A stretch of 64,000 nt of DNA, taken from sequence record NZ_CP104305.1. One strand, written 5' to 3'. This DNA comes from a plasmid. Positions 47,267-58,365 of this stretch are shown here, in pieces; within the stretch, counting starts at the first letter, position 1, and every line of letters starts with the position of its first letter. The notes below the pieces were generated by a model. That model was not told where the DNA came from. It saw nothing but the letters and a program-made list of their open reading frames with translations, and did not search any database. The translations under genes were made by a program, and so were the position numbers.

Positions 47267-48346
47267 CTAATGATCTTCTTTTAATTGAAAGCTTTTATCC
47301 CAAACTTTTTTGACATAAGCCTTATACTTAGTCTGGCCAAGTGGCGTGACAATTACGACTCGATAATGATTACCAGGCAGGCTGATGTCAGTCACCCCAG
47401 TTTGATCTGATTTAAAAGAATGTATATGTCGACCTCGTTTCACCACGACCTGTGTGGCTTCAGCCGGTACTTCCAGCAAATAATGCTTTCGGCCAAGCAT
47501 CAAACTGCGCATTACGAAACCGATCACGCCTAAAATGATCACCGCGCCTAAAAGTGCGACTATTAGCTTTAATTTGTTCCACCAAACCGCCCAACTTGAG
47601 GCCTCGTCATCTGCCTTAACGTAAGGAATTCGGCGACCCGTTATCAACAATCGATGAGAATTAATCATATAAGGCGTGCAGGTCATTAAGGTCACAAGAT
47701 CCTGTCCCGGCACAATTCTTAGCTGCCGGGTATCACTTGGCTCAATAACCTGGCGCTTAAAGACTTGGTAAGCCAATTTATGATTGCCTATGCTAATAAA
47801 AAACTTGTCGCCTTTTTTTAACGCTGGTACTCGGGTAAAAAGTTCAGCGTTTGGCACACCACGATGCGCTGAAATGACAGCATGGGTATTTTTACCACCA
47901 GTTGGATAACTTGTACCATCCAATAAACAGGCGCCAAATTGTAGAAGCCAATCGCTTGTATGATCAAAAACCGGCAGACTAAGGCCAATTTTGGGAATCG
48001 TCAACTGAGCAACTGTCTGACGAGTCAAGATTTGCTGATTGCGTTTGGCCGCTGTTTTTGCGGTTCCTTGATCATTAACGGCATGATTAAAACTGGCAAC
48101 GCCGGGCACTTGCTGACTTGCTGCCAACTGTTTATTTTTTTGCTGATAGTCGTTATATTCCCGCCGCAACACCATCTGATTCTTCCGCGCTTCTTGTTGT
48201 CGATACCTGTCGATGACTTGCTGATTTTGGTAAGAAACGTAAGCATCACTTGCAAATGGATAGCATAAAACACCAAAACCCGCTAAAAGAAGGCATCCAA
48301 TCACAATATCAATCAAGCCTAAAGGTCGACGTGTTCGTTTTGTCAC
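47267..48346 (-). CDS. srtC: class C (pilus-specific) sortase
   Basis: N- and C-terminal TM segments, catalytic TLMTCTPY (TLxTC) motif, His in ISAHRG. Confidence 0.8.
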   Translation of the reverse strand: MTKRTRRPLGLIDIVIGCLLLAGFGVLCYPFASDAYVSYQNQQVIDRYRQQEARKNQMVLRREYNDYQQKNKQLAASQQVPGVASFNHAVNDQGTAKTAAKRNQQILTRQTVAQLTIPKIGLSLPVFDHTSDWLLQFGACLLDGTSYPTGGKNTHAVISAHRGVPNAELFTRVPALKKGDKFFISIGNHKLAYQVFKRQVIEPSDTRQLRIVPGQDLVTLMTCTPYMINSHRLLITGRRIPYVKADDEASSWAVWWNKLKLIVALLGAVIILGVIGFVMRSLMLGRKHYLLEVPAEATQVVVKRGRHIHSFKSDQTGVTDISLPGNHYRVVIVTPLGQTKYKAYVKKVWDKSFQLKEDH

Positions 48347-48419
48347 TCTGATTACCTCGCCATATCAAAACAAGAGCGCCATCGACGCTCTTGCTTGACT
48401 CATTTATCTTATTAACTTT

Positions 48420-49424
48420 TTAGAAACCATTGCGGCGCTTGCGATAGGCAACTGCTCCAAATGCAATTAAGGCAACGCCCAAAATCGCAAAAATGACTGT
48501 GCCAGTACCACCAGTGTGTGGCAGAATACCGCTTGGTGCATCTAGAATGTCGCTAGACGAATTATCAGCTTTAAAGTCTGTATTGGCAGCAGCATCATAA
48601 CCATCCGGCACGTTTGTTTCAACTGCCGTGTAAGTTGTGGTGTTATCAGCAAATCCATTTAAGCCAAACTTACCGCTCTTATCAGACGTGAAAACAGTAG
48701 CATCGCTTTCAGCAACCCACGTCAATCGATAGTTATTGGCCAATACATCGATAAATCCTTCGCCGATGCTGACGCTTTTACCATCTTTATCTGTCAACTT
48801 CAAAAACTTGCCATCACTATTGCTAATCTTAAAGCCGGCTCCTTCAAGCACTTCTTTAGTCTCAGCATCTTTCTTAACAAAAGTGCGCTCATAGGTGGTC
48901 TTTTGAACATTCTTTGGGTAGACATAGACATTCCCGTCGGCTGCTGCCTTGGCCGGTAAGGTTAACCAGAAATCGGCAGACGTATTATAACCAGCTCGCG
49001 GATTGGTTTCATGGAAAAGATAGACAGCAGCACGAGTCTTACCGCTGGCATCTTTTGATTGGGTTGGCAATGCTCGGGTTAGTTGCCCCTTGTCATTAGT
49101 CGTACCGGTTGCGGCAACCGAAGCACTATCAAAACCGCCTTTATAATCCTTAGGCGATGCCCAATAATTGGCTGTCACGTTGTAAATGGTGAAATCAACG
49201 CCTTGTAAAGGCTTAGCACCATTGCCATTCCACATTTGATCAGTCGCACGATCAATGGCAGTAACATCTTTGTCAAACCCGTATTTAGTAAGGACAACGT
49301 TTTGTGTTGTCGTATCATTCGTATCTGCTTGAACCCGAGTGCCATTAAACCCGAGAACCATCAGTAATGTCATTAGGATCGTGCTGGTTAATGTCAGCAC
49401 TTTCTTGGCAATTGTCTTTTTCAT
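48420..49424 (-). CDS. major (backbone) pilin with LPXTG sorting signal
   Basis: Signal peptide, pilin motif VYVYPKNVQ (YPKN), E-box region, LPHTGG + TM + KRRNGF. Confidence 0.7.
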   Translation of the reverse strand: MKKTIAKKVLTLTSTILMTLLMVLGFNGTRVQADTNDTTTQNVVLTKYGFDKDVTAIDRATDQMWNGNGAKPLQGVDFTIYNVTANYWASPKDYKGGFDSASVAATGTTNDKGQLTRALPTQSKDASGKTRAAVYLFHETNPRAGYNTSADFWLTLPAKAAADGNVYVYPKNVQKTTYERTFVKKDAETKEVLEGAGFKISNSDGKFLKLTDKDGKSVSIGEGFIDVLANNYRLTWVAESDATVFTSDKSGKFGLNGFADNTTTYTAVETNVPDGYDAAANTDFKADNSSSDILDAPSGILPHTGGTGTVIFAILGVALIAFGAVAYRKRRNGF

Positions 49425-49426
49425 TC

Positions 49427-50152
49427 TTATCTCTCCCACTTATTAATTTTTTGGTTTTTTATGTTAAAAGCAAGTACTGTCCCGAAGATTATCAACCCGA
49501 GCATTGAAAGCCAAGCTGCAACTGTATCACCCGTTTGTGGCAACAATTGACGTGTTTTCTTTGGAACTTTTTTGGGGGCATCGGTGTGACGACTTACCAT
49601 TTTGTTCTTAGGAAATAAATCAATGCGTGATTGATTCCCATGTTGAAGGTTGCTTGACATGACAACCACAAGATTCTGACTGGCTTCAATATTCTTAGGT
49701 GCCGCCGTTTCTTTAAAAAGATAAACCGCAGCATGCTGCCCCTGTCGGAGTGGTAAATCGCCAAAGTACGCTTCTCCCTGACCAGCCGTCACAACCTGTG
49801 CGATAAGGCTGGAGCTAGCAGGCTGATAGCTATCTTGACTCAACGTCGTTTGTGCTGCTTCAATCGCACCGCCATTTTTGGAGACAAGCTGCCAAAAGTC
49901 AGCGGTCACGTCATAAACTGTGAACGTCACACCGTTTAACGGCACATCTGCCTGCGAAAAGTCGGGTTTTGTTGTCCCGTTATTTGCTTGTTGAGTTGGC
50001 AAGGTATCTTTAAACAACAGCTTATGCAACACAACATCAACAGTGGTCGGCACAGTTGCCGCCTGTGTCTGCTGCAACGTTGTCGTTGCCAAACTGACTA
50101 GTAGTGCCAAGCAAAAGGTCAAAATCACTAACGGACGGAAGGATTTAGTCAT
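49427..50152 (-). CDS. minor/basal pilin with LPXTG-type sorting signal
   Basis: 241 aa, signal peptide, LPQTGD + TM + KNQK tail; overlaps both neighbours. Confidence 0.6.
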   Translation of the reverse strand: MTKSFRPLVILTFCLALLVSLATTTLQQTQAATVPTTVDVVLHKLLFKDTLPTQQANNGTTKPDFSQADVPLNGVTFTVYDVTADFWQLVSKNGGAIEAAQTTLSQDSYQPASSSLIAQVVTAGQGEAYFGDLPLRQGQHAAVYLFKETAAPKNIEASQNLVVVMSSNLQHGNQSRIDLFPKNKMVSRHTDAPKKVPKKTRQLLPQTGDTVAAWLSMLGLIIFGTVLAFNIKNQKINKWER

Positions 50153-52904
50153 GTTGCTTCACCACCCGTCGCTTTATCAAAACAACCAGTAATAAAAGGA
50201 ACGCTGCGCTGATCAATCCCAGTGCGATACCAAGCAATCGCTGATAGCCCTGACCACCTGTATGTGGCAAAATTGCAAGTGGCTGATTAATCGCCTGCAA
50301 AGTGATCGTGCTGCCATCAATCGCTAATGTGTATCCGTTCTTACTTTCGCCCGGCTTCAATGCCTCACCGTCAATCGTGACGGTTGCCTCTTTACCAGTC
50401 GTAGCTACCTGAATGGCAATCTTGGCAGGATTGCTTTGATAGCCATCTGGTGCTTTTGTTTCTGACATCGTATAGGTACCATCTGCAATTAATTTTGTCG
50501 CAAACGCTTGTCCCCCAGATGTCGCCGATGATGTTATCGTCTCAGCTTCGCCAGCACTTGGTTGCAGGGTGAACGCTGCACCTGCAAGATATTGGCTTTG
50601 ATTATCCTGTTTGATGACCCGCAAAGTCATGGATGGCTTTGGTTCATCATATTTCGTTAGCGTCAGAATTTGCTGGTGATCCCCGGTCACCGTAAAATCA
50701 TCTGACTTATCACCAACAGGATTCAAAGTCTGCTGGCCATTAATAACACTCCCTGATGTCACATTGTCCTTTGTGCCATGGTATTGCCATTGCCCATCAG
50801 ACGTTAGCTGAAAAAGATACGTTGTCCCATCAAGTTGATAACCTGTAGGTGCTGCAGCTTCCCGAATACCGTAATACCCCGGCGCTAGTGCCTGCAGATC
50901 CGTTGACGTGATGGCGTTGGTTTTGGATGCCTGCTGAAAACTGTTATCGCTGTACTGGGTTAAGTTAAACTGCATGGCCTTCAACTGATCTGCTGATAAA
51001 TCAGTACCATCGGTTGTTTTTTTCTGAAATTGAAAACCATACTGCTGATTTGTCAAAGTCAACGTTGCTGTTTGCTGATCCATATTTTGAGAACTGATAA
51101 ACGAACTCAAATCAATTCCCGAGGCATCTTCACTCTTAACGACATATGAAAAACTTTGACCCTGATTGTTATACGCAGGTGCCGTAAAGCTAGCTTTCCA
51201 GTTATCAGCTTTTTTAAGGACTAAGGTCTGTTGCCAATTTGGATCAAGCGAACCGTCAGCCACTTTTCGCTGCACCGTGACGTTGAGCGTATCCGGTAAC
51301 GATTGATTGCTTAACTGGCGCCATTGCTTCTGCACATAAACTGTAGTTGCTGGTGCCCTGCCTGAAGGAATCCCAAAGTCAACAGCGGCAGCGCCCGCTT
51401 TTGGTGTCAACAATGTTTCACCATTCATTTGGTACCAAAAATCAGGCTTGAAGCCACCATCCTCTGTTTTGATCCGGACTTGATAATGGATTTGAACTTC
51501 CTGATCCTGACCCAAGTTCATGTGATTCACCGTCAATTGACCATCTTGGATCGCCGCACTTGGCAACTCACTTGCTGGCACAGTTTGCTTGCCGACACTC
51601 GTAACGGTCGCCTGGTTGTTCGCATATTGAAATTGCGTACCAATCGGGTCTGTGATCGTGCCGTCGATGACAGTATTAAAGTTTTTGATAATGTCCTTTG
51701 CCTGATTTTTCAAATAAGCCTCAACAGCATCGGCACTATCAGCATCTTCGTATAAATCCGGTGAATTGGCAATAAGCTGCATGTTTTGGCGTATTTTTTC
51801 TTTCGTCATGTAGTGGCCGTCGTCAGCCAGTTGGATGCCTAACGCGTGCACCTCATTACCACTATCCTTTGCTATCTTGGCCTCACCCAATGTTGCTGGC
51901 CAAGTATCATATATATAATGACCTGAACTATCGGTGTATTTGTATGGCCGTTCGGGGTATGGCCATTCGGGGTATCGCCGTAGAAGTTGTGCGGTGTAGC
52001 CGGGTTCATCTCTGGTAGTTCCAAAGTTAGTGCCATACAATGTGCCGTTTTCCACCACTGAATTTTTTACCTTATCAGAAAAAGTCGGCACACCATCTGT
52101 TAATAAAATCATCATCTTTTTATTGCCACTGGTGTCCGTATTCAGCATGGCCGATCCTTGCCGCAAACCAATCTGCGTATACGTACCACCATTAAAAGTT
52201 GGGCTCAATGCGCTATTAATCGCTTGTTGCTGACTGGTATTTCCTGCTTTGCCTAATCCAACGCGAATATAACCCGGTCCAGTGGTTTTATTGCCGCCAC
52301 CGATATAGCCGGGACTAGAAAAACCAATTAAGCCAACATTGACGTAATCACCCAGACCGGCGTTTTGAATATAAGTCAAGAAATTCTTAACGCCAGTACG
52401 AACGGCACCAGCACGATCTGTGCCGCCATTATTTTCTGGATTGTCTGGCTCCATTGACCCAGACATATCAACAACTAAGACAATATCTACAGGCTTCACA
52501 TTTTGCTGTGTATTGCCTTTGACGTTCAAATAAACGTCGTACAATCCGGGGGTATTCGTCTCTTTAGCATATTTTCGAATCTGATAATCCGGATTATTGG
52601 GATCACCAAATTTCAGGTAAGAATTCGTGGTATTAGTCGCATCACCATCCCAGGTTGTATTGTTATCCCACCCTGAAACTTGATCCCCGCCGCGTTGATT
52701 GATCACATTTTGTTGTCCCGTGACCTGCCACGAATTTTCTGGATAGGTACCATTAGCATTGGTTTTATAGGTTGGGCGAATGTTAGCAGTGGCTGTCACA
52801 ACTGAACTGCCACTTGTCACTAAGCCTGTTAACATACTCATCAAAATCAATAAGACCGCGAACAAATGCCCAGTTCTCGCCACTTTAGCTGTCATCCTCG
52901 TCAC
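50145..52904 (-). CDS. pilus tip adhesin with von Willebrand factor A domain and Cna-B repeats
   Basis: MIDAS motif DIVLVVDMSGSM, 919 aa, C-terminal LPHTGG + TM + KRR. Confidence 0.75.
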   Translation of the reverse strand: MTRMTAKVARTGHLFAVLLILMSMLTGLVTSGSSVVTATANIRPTYKTNANGTYPENSWQVTGQQNVINQRGGDQVSGWDNNTTWDGDATNTTNSYLKFGDPNNPDYQIRKYAKETNTPGLYDVYLNVKGNTQQNVKPVDIVLVVDMSGSMEPDNPENNGGTDRAGAVRTGVKNFLTYIQNAGLGDYVNVGLIGFSSPGYIGGGNKTTGPGYIRVGLGKAGNTSQQQAINSALSPTFNGGTYTQIGLRQGSAMLNTDTSGNKKMMILLTDGVPTFSDKVKNSVVENGTLYGTNFGTTRDEPGYTAQLLRRYPEWPYPERPYKYTDSSGHYIYDTWPATLGEAKIAKDSGNEVHALGIQLADDGHYMTKEKIRQNMQLIANSPDLYEDADSADAVEAYLKNQAKDIIKNFNTVIDGTITDPIGTQFQYANNQATVTSVGKQTVPASELPSAAIQDGQLTVNHMNLGQDQEVQIHYQVRIKTEDGGFKPDFWYQMNGETLLTPKAGAAAVDFGIPSGRAPATTVYVQKQWRQLSNQSLPDTLNVTVQRKVADGSLDPNWQQTLVLKKADNWKASFTAPAYNNQGQSFSYVVKSEDASGIDLSSFISSQNMDQQTATLTLTNQQYGFQFQKKTTDGTDLSADQLKAMQFNLTQYSDNSFQQASKTNAITSTDLQALAPGYYGIREAAAPTGYQLDGTTYLFQLTSDGQWQYHGTKDNVTSGSVINGQQTLNPVGDKSDDFTVTGDHQQILTLTKYDEPKPSMTLRVIKQDNQSQYLAGAAFTLQPSAGEAETITSSATSGGQAFATKLIADGTYTMSETKAPDGYQSNPAKIAIQVATTGKEATVTIDGEALKPGESKNGYTLAIDGSTITLQAINQPLAILPHTGGQGYQRLLGIALGLISAAFLLLLVVLIKRRVVKQHD
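51946..51975. repeat. 15-bp in-frame tandem duplication inside the tip-adhesin gene
   Basis: ggccgttcggggtat ggccattcggggtat (encodes PYPERPY-type repeat). Confidence 0.6.
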
Positions 52905-52943
52905 ATTTTTACCCTCCTCTCAAGTAAACTTTTAACCAATGAC

Positions 52944-53993
52944 CTAGATTGCAATAATAAAGTTACCACCTAGAAAGAGGCTTGCTCACTGCTTGAACTG
53001 GGGTTTGCCAACGGAGACATTTTCTAGGTTTGTTATTGATAAGCGCTGTGGCTTGTTGAATATCGGTCTCTGAAACCTGATCAAACTGTGTTCCCTTCGG
53101 GAAATAGTAGCGAAGTTCTCGATTGAACCGTTCATTTGTGCCCCGTTCATTCGGGTGATAGGCGTGGCAAAAGTAAACCGGTATCCGATAGCGCTTTGTA
53201 AGCGCCTGATCGCAGGAAAAATCTTTACCGTGATCAACCGTCACTGATCGAACCGGACCCGGAAAGTCCACCATCAGTCTTGCAAATCCCTTGAGAACAG
53301 CATTTTGTGATAAGTTTTCAAGCTTAGTTGTCGCCATTAAACGTGTCACCCGATCGACAATGGTCAAAACAGCAGCCTTTGACCAGCGACCACCGCGAAC
53401 TGTATCCATCTCTAAATGTCCTTTTTCGGTTCGCCGGTTAGCTGACTCACTGCAAATCTCAATTGAGGTGCCTACTGCTTGGTTATAGCGCGACCGAAGG
53501 TCTTGTCTTCTTTTATGACGTTTACCGTGATCAAAGAGTTGGCTTGGCTGAAAATCGACTTGTCTTTGATAAATCCAGTGGTAAATCGTGTGTGGCGCAC
53601 AGTGAACGGCATAACCGACCATTTCAGGGGACCAACCTAGGTTTAGCTTCTCAGTTACCATCCGCTTCAACTTAGGCGTTAAAATCGAGTGCCGACCACA
53701 ACGATGCCGACAAGTATCGGCATGATCCTGAGCTATAATGGCGCAGTAATCACCTTCAGGGCAACGGTGAAGCTCATGCCTAATAGAAATACGAGAGCGG
53801 CCTAAGGTCGCGGCGATGTATTGAATCGTGTGGTGTTGCATCAGTTCTATCTGAGATCGTTCAATTAAGGTTATAATGGCCATGGGACCTGTCCTTCTCT
53901 CTAGATGGTATGTTATGCAAACACCATTTTAGCAAGAACGGACAGGTCTTTTTTCACATTTTCTGGGTGGTAACTTTAATTATGCAATCTAGG
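52944..53993 (-). mobile_element. IS30-family insertion sequence, copy 1 (~1.05 kb)
   Basis: Terminal IRs cctagattgcaataataaagttacc / ggtaactttaattatgcaatctagg; single 306-aa DDE transposase. Confidence 0.8.
52963..53883 (-). CDS. IS30-family transposase
   Basis: HTH N-terminus; DDE triad (HLEMDTV, VDHGKDF, NERGTNERFNREL). Confidence 0.85.
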   Translation of the reverse strand: MAIITLIERSQIELMQHHTIQYIAATLGRSRISIRHELHRCPEGDYCAIIAQDHADTCRHRCGRHSILTPKLKRMVTEKLNLGWSPEMVGYAVHCAPHTIYHWIYQRQVDFQPSQLFDHGKRHKRRQDLRSRYNQAVGTSIEICSESANRRTEKGHLEMDTVRGGRWSKAAVLTIVDRVTRLMATTKLENLSQNAVLKGFARLMVDFPGPVRSVTVDHGKDFSCDQALTKRYRIPVYFCHAYHPNERGTNERFNRELRYYFPKGTQFDQVSETDIQQATALINNKPRKCLRWQTPVQAVSKPLSRW

Positions 53994-54200
53994 CACATTT
54001 TTAATGTTACCCTTCTTAAAGGTTCATTTTTTTCATATTTTGAAAGAATTTCTTGCTAGTTCTGAATCAACGGTACTTCCATAATGCAAATTCTGATACG
54101 GTTATCCCAGTTGACCAAATCGCTTGGCATCCATCTCACAAGCTGGACAGTTAGAGATCGCGAACATGGTAGTGTGTTTTTATAGTGCTGATCCTTCCCT

Positions 54201-54569
54201 TCAACCTTGGTATGAAGCTTCAGATAATCGTTGAATCAACATGGGTTCATCTATATCTAAATAAGTTTTTCGACTTGTGTGTAAGGTGTCACCAGTGCGT
54301 ACCTGTGTATTGATCCAGCGAGTACAGTCCGCGTGATGTTCACCACGAAAGTAGACTTTACCAGAATTAAAGCCAACGACCGCAAATTTAGGCTGTACAC
54401 AAGCAGCCGCCAATTTTTTAAGGGAAGAATCCGAAATACTTTCCTCAGAGTTTAGCAAACGTCGCACAGTACGATCATTTATTTTAGCTTGTCTGGCAAA
54501 TTCTGGGTTGCTCAGATTGTTCTTGTCGATGTAGTTCTGAACCATTTTACGAACAGAATCACGATCCAT
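54201..54569 (-). CDS. XRE-family HTH protein
   Basis: LSNPEFARQAKINDRTVRRLL helix-turn-helix; 122 aa. Confidence 0.4.
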   Translation of the reverse strand: MDRDSVRKMVQNYIDKNNLSNPEFARQAKINDRTVRRLLNSEESISDSSLKKLAAACVQPKFAVVGFNSGKVYFRGEHHADCTRWINTQVRTGDTLHTSRKTYLDIDEPMLIQRLSEASYQG

Positions 54570-55191
54570 TAAATCAGACTCCCTCTATTGTAATAAACCA
54601 TTATGGCAGTTAATTGTAACCCCGTACTTGCATATTGATGGATGATACTGAGACGTGTATGCCCAAAAGCCTATACAGCATAGTCCAAACAAGATACTCA
54701 AAGACAAAACCAAGCGTGTTCTTAATTTTATATGGAAGTTCTTTCTCATACATAGTGGAGGCCTTGCTGATAAAATAACACTCAGTAAGGTTTAGTCGGC
54801 CTAGGGGCGTGCGGGCCCTAGGCCGACCCGAACGCCCTGGAAACGTCTTGTCGTTTCAGAATAGGTAACTGGTAAGTCCAGTCTGTACCTAGATCCATTG
54901 GTTGCTGATTGTCGGCTACCATGCAGATCATCCAAAACTTGTGCATAAAGCTTGTGGCCTACCGCCACGCGGGCAAGCCCGCAGGTGCCTTTTCTACGCC
55001 CTGTCAAGTTTAAATCCCGATATGTCAATGAATTCGATTTTGAATATCGAAATTTCTTAGCCACAGGATGCTGAATCCAATCTTAAATTCTGATCTAAAA
55101 TAACCTTAAAACATTTAGTCCGACACCCCAAATAAACCTGCAGGCTTTCCAAAATTTGTGCAGGTATGTACAGTAAGTGTATTGAGTCAGT

Positions 55192-56391
55192 TTATCTTGA
55201 ACAAGCGAGTTCGTATGAGTATAACTGATTCGTGTTTACAAGGTAGTGAATCGTTTTTAGTAGGCGATCCATGCAGGCGACAAGCAGCGGCTTCCTCCGG
55301 GAAGCTGTTGCTTGTCGTTTTGCATAAAAGTCACGGATATGACTCGGCTGTGCTCCTGAGCTAACCATATTTATAACCGTCCAATACAGTAGCTTTCTAG
55401 TATGAGCATCGCCATGCTTGGTGATCTTCCTTTGTGCCGTATAGTCCCCTGATTGTATCTCTCGCAAATCAAGACCAATAAAGCTATTGAGTTTCGCTCT
55501 GGTTTCAAACCGGCGAATATCCCCAAGTTCTGCAATCAAACGTACAGCGGTGTTTTCCGCGATGTTTGGAATGCTCAGGAGGATAACGTACTCCGGTGTT
55601 TTTTCTGCTAGGCTGATCATGGCTTGTACGGTTTCTTCACGTTCGCTAAGCAACTTTAACGCCTTTTGAGTCTCATGCTTTACAGCTTGGACAACAAACG
55701 AGTTGCCGCTAACAGCTGGATATGACCTGGCTCGAGATCTCCATAGTGCGCGTGCTAAATTGCTGGATCTGACCGCTCCCACCCCCTTTAAGTGCATATC
55801 CAGAATCTGCGTCTTGATATTCTCGAAACTTAATCCAGTCAGTTCTGCCGGGTGAGAAAAAAGAGTTAGCGTGTGTAAAGCTGATGGCTTTCTCAAATCA
55901 AGTTCTTCCTCAATTCCTGGAAATGAGAGCTGTATGAGTCGATGTATCCGATTCTTGGTCCGTTTTAAATCCTCTGTTTGCTGATCGTAGTATCGACTAA
56001 TATCCATCAATTCGCGATATACAGGGTCATAGAAGCGTGGTTTGAACGGCTTGGGGTGTTTGGCAAACTCAGTTATTGCTAGCCCGCGGGCATCACGTAC
56101 ATCGTTCTTCCTTGTTCTTGAGCCATCGTCTAACCGTTTCTTAGCGACGAGTGGATTAAGAATATGATATGTAATGCTTTCGTCCAGTAGGTATCGCTCT
56201 AATCGACGTGAGTACACACCAGTAGCCTCGAACACCACTTCTGCACCGCCGTATGAGTCAATGATAGCCTTGAGACTCGTGAATCCAATCATATCTAGCG
56301 TGATATCTCCCTCGTAAACAGTCTTAGCATCAATGGCCACTGACAGTTTAGCTGTTGACTTTGAAACATCTATACCGATAATTTTTCGCAT
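55192..56391 (-). CDS. IS110-family transposase
   Basis: MRKIIGIDVSK N-terminus (DEDD-type), EATGVY motif, ~400 aa from the RBS-supported ATG at 56391 (the track ORF starts further upstream). Confidence 0.75.
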   Translation of the reverse strand: MRKIIGIDVSKSTAKLSVAIDAKTVYEGDITLDMIGFTSLKAIIDSYGGAEVVFEATGVYSRRLERYLLDESITYHILNPLVAKKRLDDGSRTRKNDVRDARGLAITEFAKHPKPFKPRFYDPVYRELMDISRYYDQQTEDLKRTKNRIHRLIQLSFPGIEEELDLRKPSALHTLTLFSHPAELTGLSFENIKTQILDMHLKGVGAVRSSNLARALWRSRARSYPAVSGNSFVVQAVKHETQKALKLLSEREETVQAMISLAEKTPEYVILLSIPNIAENTAVRLIAELGDIRRFETRAKLNSFIGLDLREIQSGDYTAQRKITKHGDAHTRKLLYWTVINMVSSGAQPSHIRDFYAKRQATASRRKPLLVACMDRLLKTIHYLVNTNQLYSYELACSR

Positions 56392-56799
56392 TGTTACACT
56401 ACCTTTCTGAAGCACCCTCACTAAAATCTTAGTAATCAAGTTTTCAAAACGCGGTCTCTCGGACCAATCTACTTTGAGCGAATTTGCTAAGACAAATGAA
56501 GTAGCCACTTTCTACTACGGCTTCACAGAGCCAAAAGGCAACCCGCGGCTTCTGCTTCAATACCACTATAAAGTAATAGAGGCGTACATGGACCCCGTCG
56601 GGTATCATGTACGCCTTTAAGCTTAGTGGATTTCTACTGCCGGTTTTTGCCTGGCTTTGATTCCGCATTCAACCAGCACAACAATTTATGGACGAACACA
56701 TCAATATTCAATTCATCAAATAGGAGGAATAACTAATGAAAAAGGAAAAATGTATCAGGTCAACATTGACGAAATCGAATATCAACCGCACTTCATCAC

Positions 56800-57849
56800 C
56801 TAGATTGCAATAATAAAGTTACCACCTAGAAAGAGGCTTGCTCACTGCTTGAACTGGGGTTTGCCAACGGAGACATTTTCTAGGTTTGTTATTGATAAGC
56901 GCTGTGGCTTGTTGAATATCGGTCTCTGAAACCTGATCAAACTGTGTTCCCTTCGGGAAATAGTAGTGAAGTTCTCGATTGAACCGTTCATTTGTGCCCC
57001 GTTCATTCGGGTGATAGGCGTGGCAAAAGTAAACCGGTATCCGATAGCGCTTTGTAAGCGCCTGATCGCACGAAAACTCTTTACCGTGATCAACCGTCAC
57101 TGATCGAACCGGACCCGGAAAGTCCACCATCAGTCTTGCAAATCCCTTGAGAACAGCATTTTGTGATAAGTTTTCAAGCTTAGTTGTCGCCATTAAACGT
57201 GTCACCCGATCGACAATGGTCAAAACAGCAGCCTTTGACCCGCGACCACCGCGAACTGTATCCATCTCTAAATGTCCTTTTTCGGTTCGCCGATTAGCTG
57301 ACTCACTGCGAATCTCAATTGAGGTGCCTACTGCTTGGTTATAGCGCGACCGAAGGTCTTGTCTTCTTTTATAACGTTTACCGTGATCAAAGAGTTGGCT
57401 TGGCTGAAAATCGACTTGTCTTTGATAAATCCAGTGGTAAATCGTGTGTGGCGCACAGTGAACGGCATAACCGACCATTTCAGGGGACCAACCTAGGTTT
57501 AGCTTCTCAGTTACCATCCGCTTCAACTTAGGCGTTAAAATCGAGTGCCGACCACAACGATGCCGACAAGTATCGGCATGATCCTGAGCTATAATGGCGC
57601 AGTAATCACCTTCAGGGCAACGGTGAAGCTCATGCCTAATAGAAATACGAGAGCGGCCTAAGGTCGCGGCGATGTATTGAATCGTGTGGTGTTGCATCAG
57701 TTCTATCTGAGATCGTTCAATTAAGGTTATAATGGCCATGGGACCTGTCCTTCTCTCTAGATGGTATGTTATGCAAACACCATTTTAGCAAGAACGGACA
57801 GGTCTTTTTTCACATTTTCTGGGTGGTAACTTTAACTATGCAATCTAGG
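56800..57849 (-). mobile_element. IS30-family insertion sequence, copy 2 (near-identical to copy 1, same orientation)
   Basis: Same IRs as copy 1; the transposase differs from copy 1 at only a handful of residues. Confidence 0.8.
56819..57739 (-). CDS. IS30-family transposase
   Basis: 306 aa, about 98% identical by eye to the 52963..53883 product. Confidence 0.85.
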   Translation of the reverse strand: MAIITLIERSQIELMQHHTIQYIAATLGRSRISIRHELHRCPEGDYCAIIAQDHADTCRHRCGRHSILTPKLKRMVTEKLNLGWSPEMVGYAVHCAPHTIYHWIYQRQVDFQPSQLFDHGKRYKRRQDLRSRYNQAVGTSIEIRSESANRRTEKGHLEMDTVRGGRGSKAAVLTIVDRVTRLMATTKLENLSQNAVLKGFARLMVDFPGPVRSVTVDHGKEFSCDQALTKRYRIPVYFCHAYHPNERGTNERFNRELHYYFPKGTQFDQVSETDIQQATALINNKPRKCLRWQTPVQAVSKPLSRW

Positions 57850-58005
57850 ATTTAGCCATATTAGTAAAACACCACACTGATAATGGATAATGCAGATAAC
57901 TTGTATTTTCAAAGTTATTTGAACAAAGAAAAGTATAATACTGTTCAATTAAAACAAGGTAAACAAAAACCACAGCCTTAATTGATTGTGGTTTTGCTTT
58001 TTTCT

Positions 58006-58365
58006 TTAAAAGAAGGTTGAAATGAGTGCTAAAATTGCTAAACCACCTTGGGCTAGAATGATTTTTTTATCACTTGTAATACTGCCATATAATGCCACTA
58101 AAATAATATAAATTAATAGTAATCTACTAATTTCTATTGGATTACTTGACAGAAAAACACTGTATAATAACCCCACACCAATCAAACCATTATAAATCCC
58201 CTGATTTTTAAAAAGCGTGTTTAAAGCTTTGCTTTTCAACTCTTCTTTTGTCATGTTAAATACTCGACTTGTAGCGTCTGAAGTTGTAGCAAACGTTTCT
58301 AAATATAGGATATAGAAAAATTCCAAAGCTACTAAAACAATCAATACTGTTGATAAAATTGACAT
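58006..58365 (-). CDS. small polytopic membrane protein
   Basis: 119 aa, 3-4 hydrophobic helices, AT-rich gene. Confidence 0.4.
   Translation of the reverse strand: MSILSTVLIVLVALEFFYILYLETFATTSDATSRVFNMTKEELKSKALNTLFKNQGIYNGLIGVGLLYSVFLSSNPIEISRLLLIYIILVALYGSITSDKKIILAQGGLAILALISTFF

Noticed and set aside
54801-55064. 87-aa ORF between the XRE gene and the IS110 transposase
   Set aside because: It spans GC-rich hairpins typical of IS110-family ends. More likely element terminus than gene.
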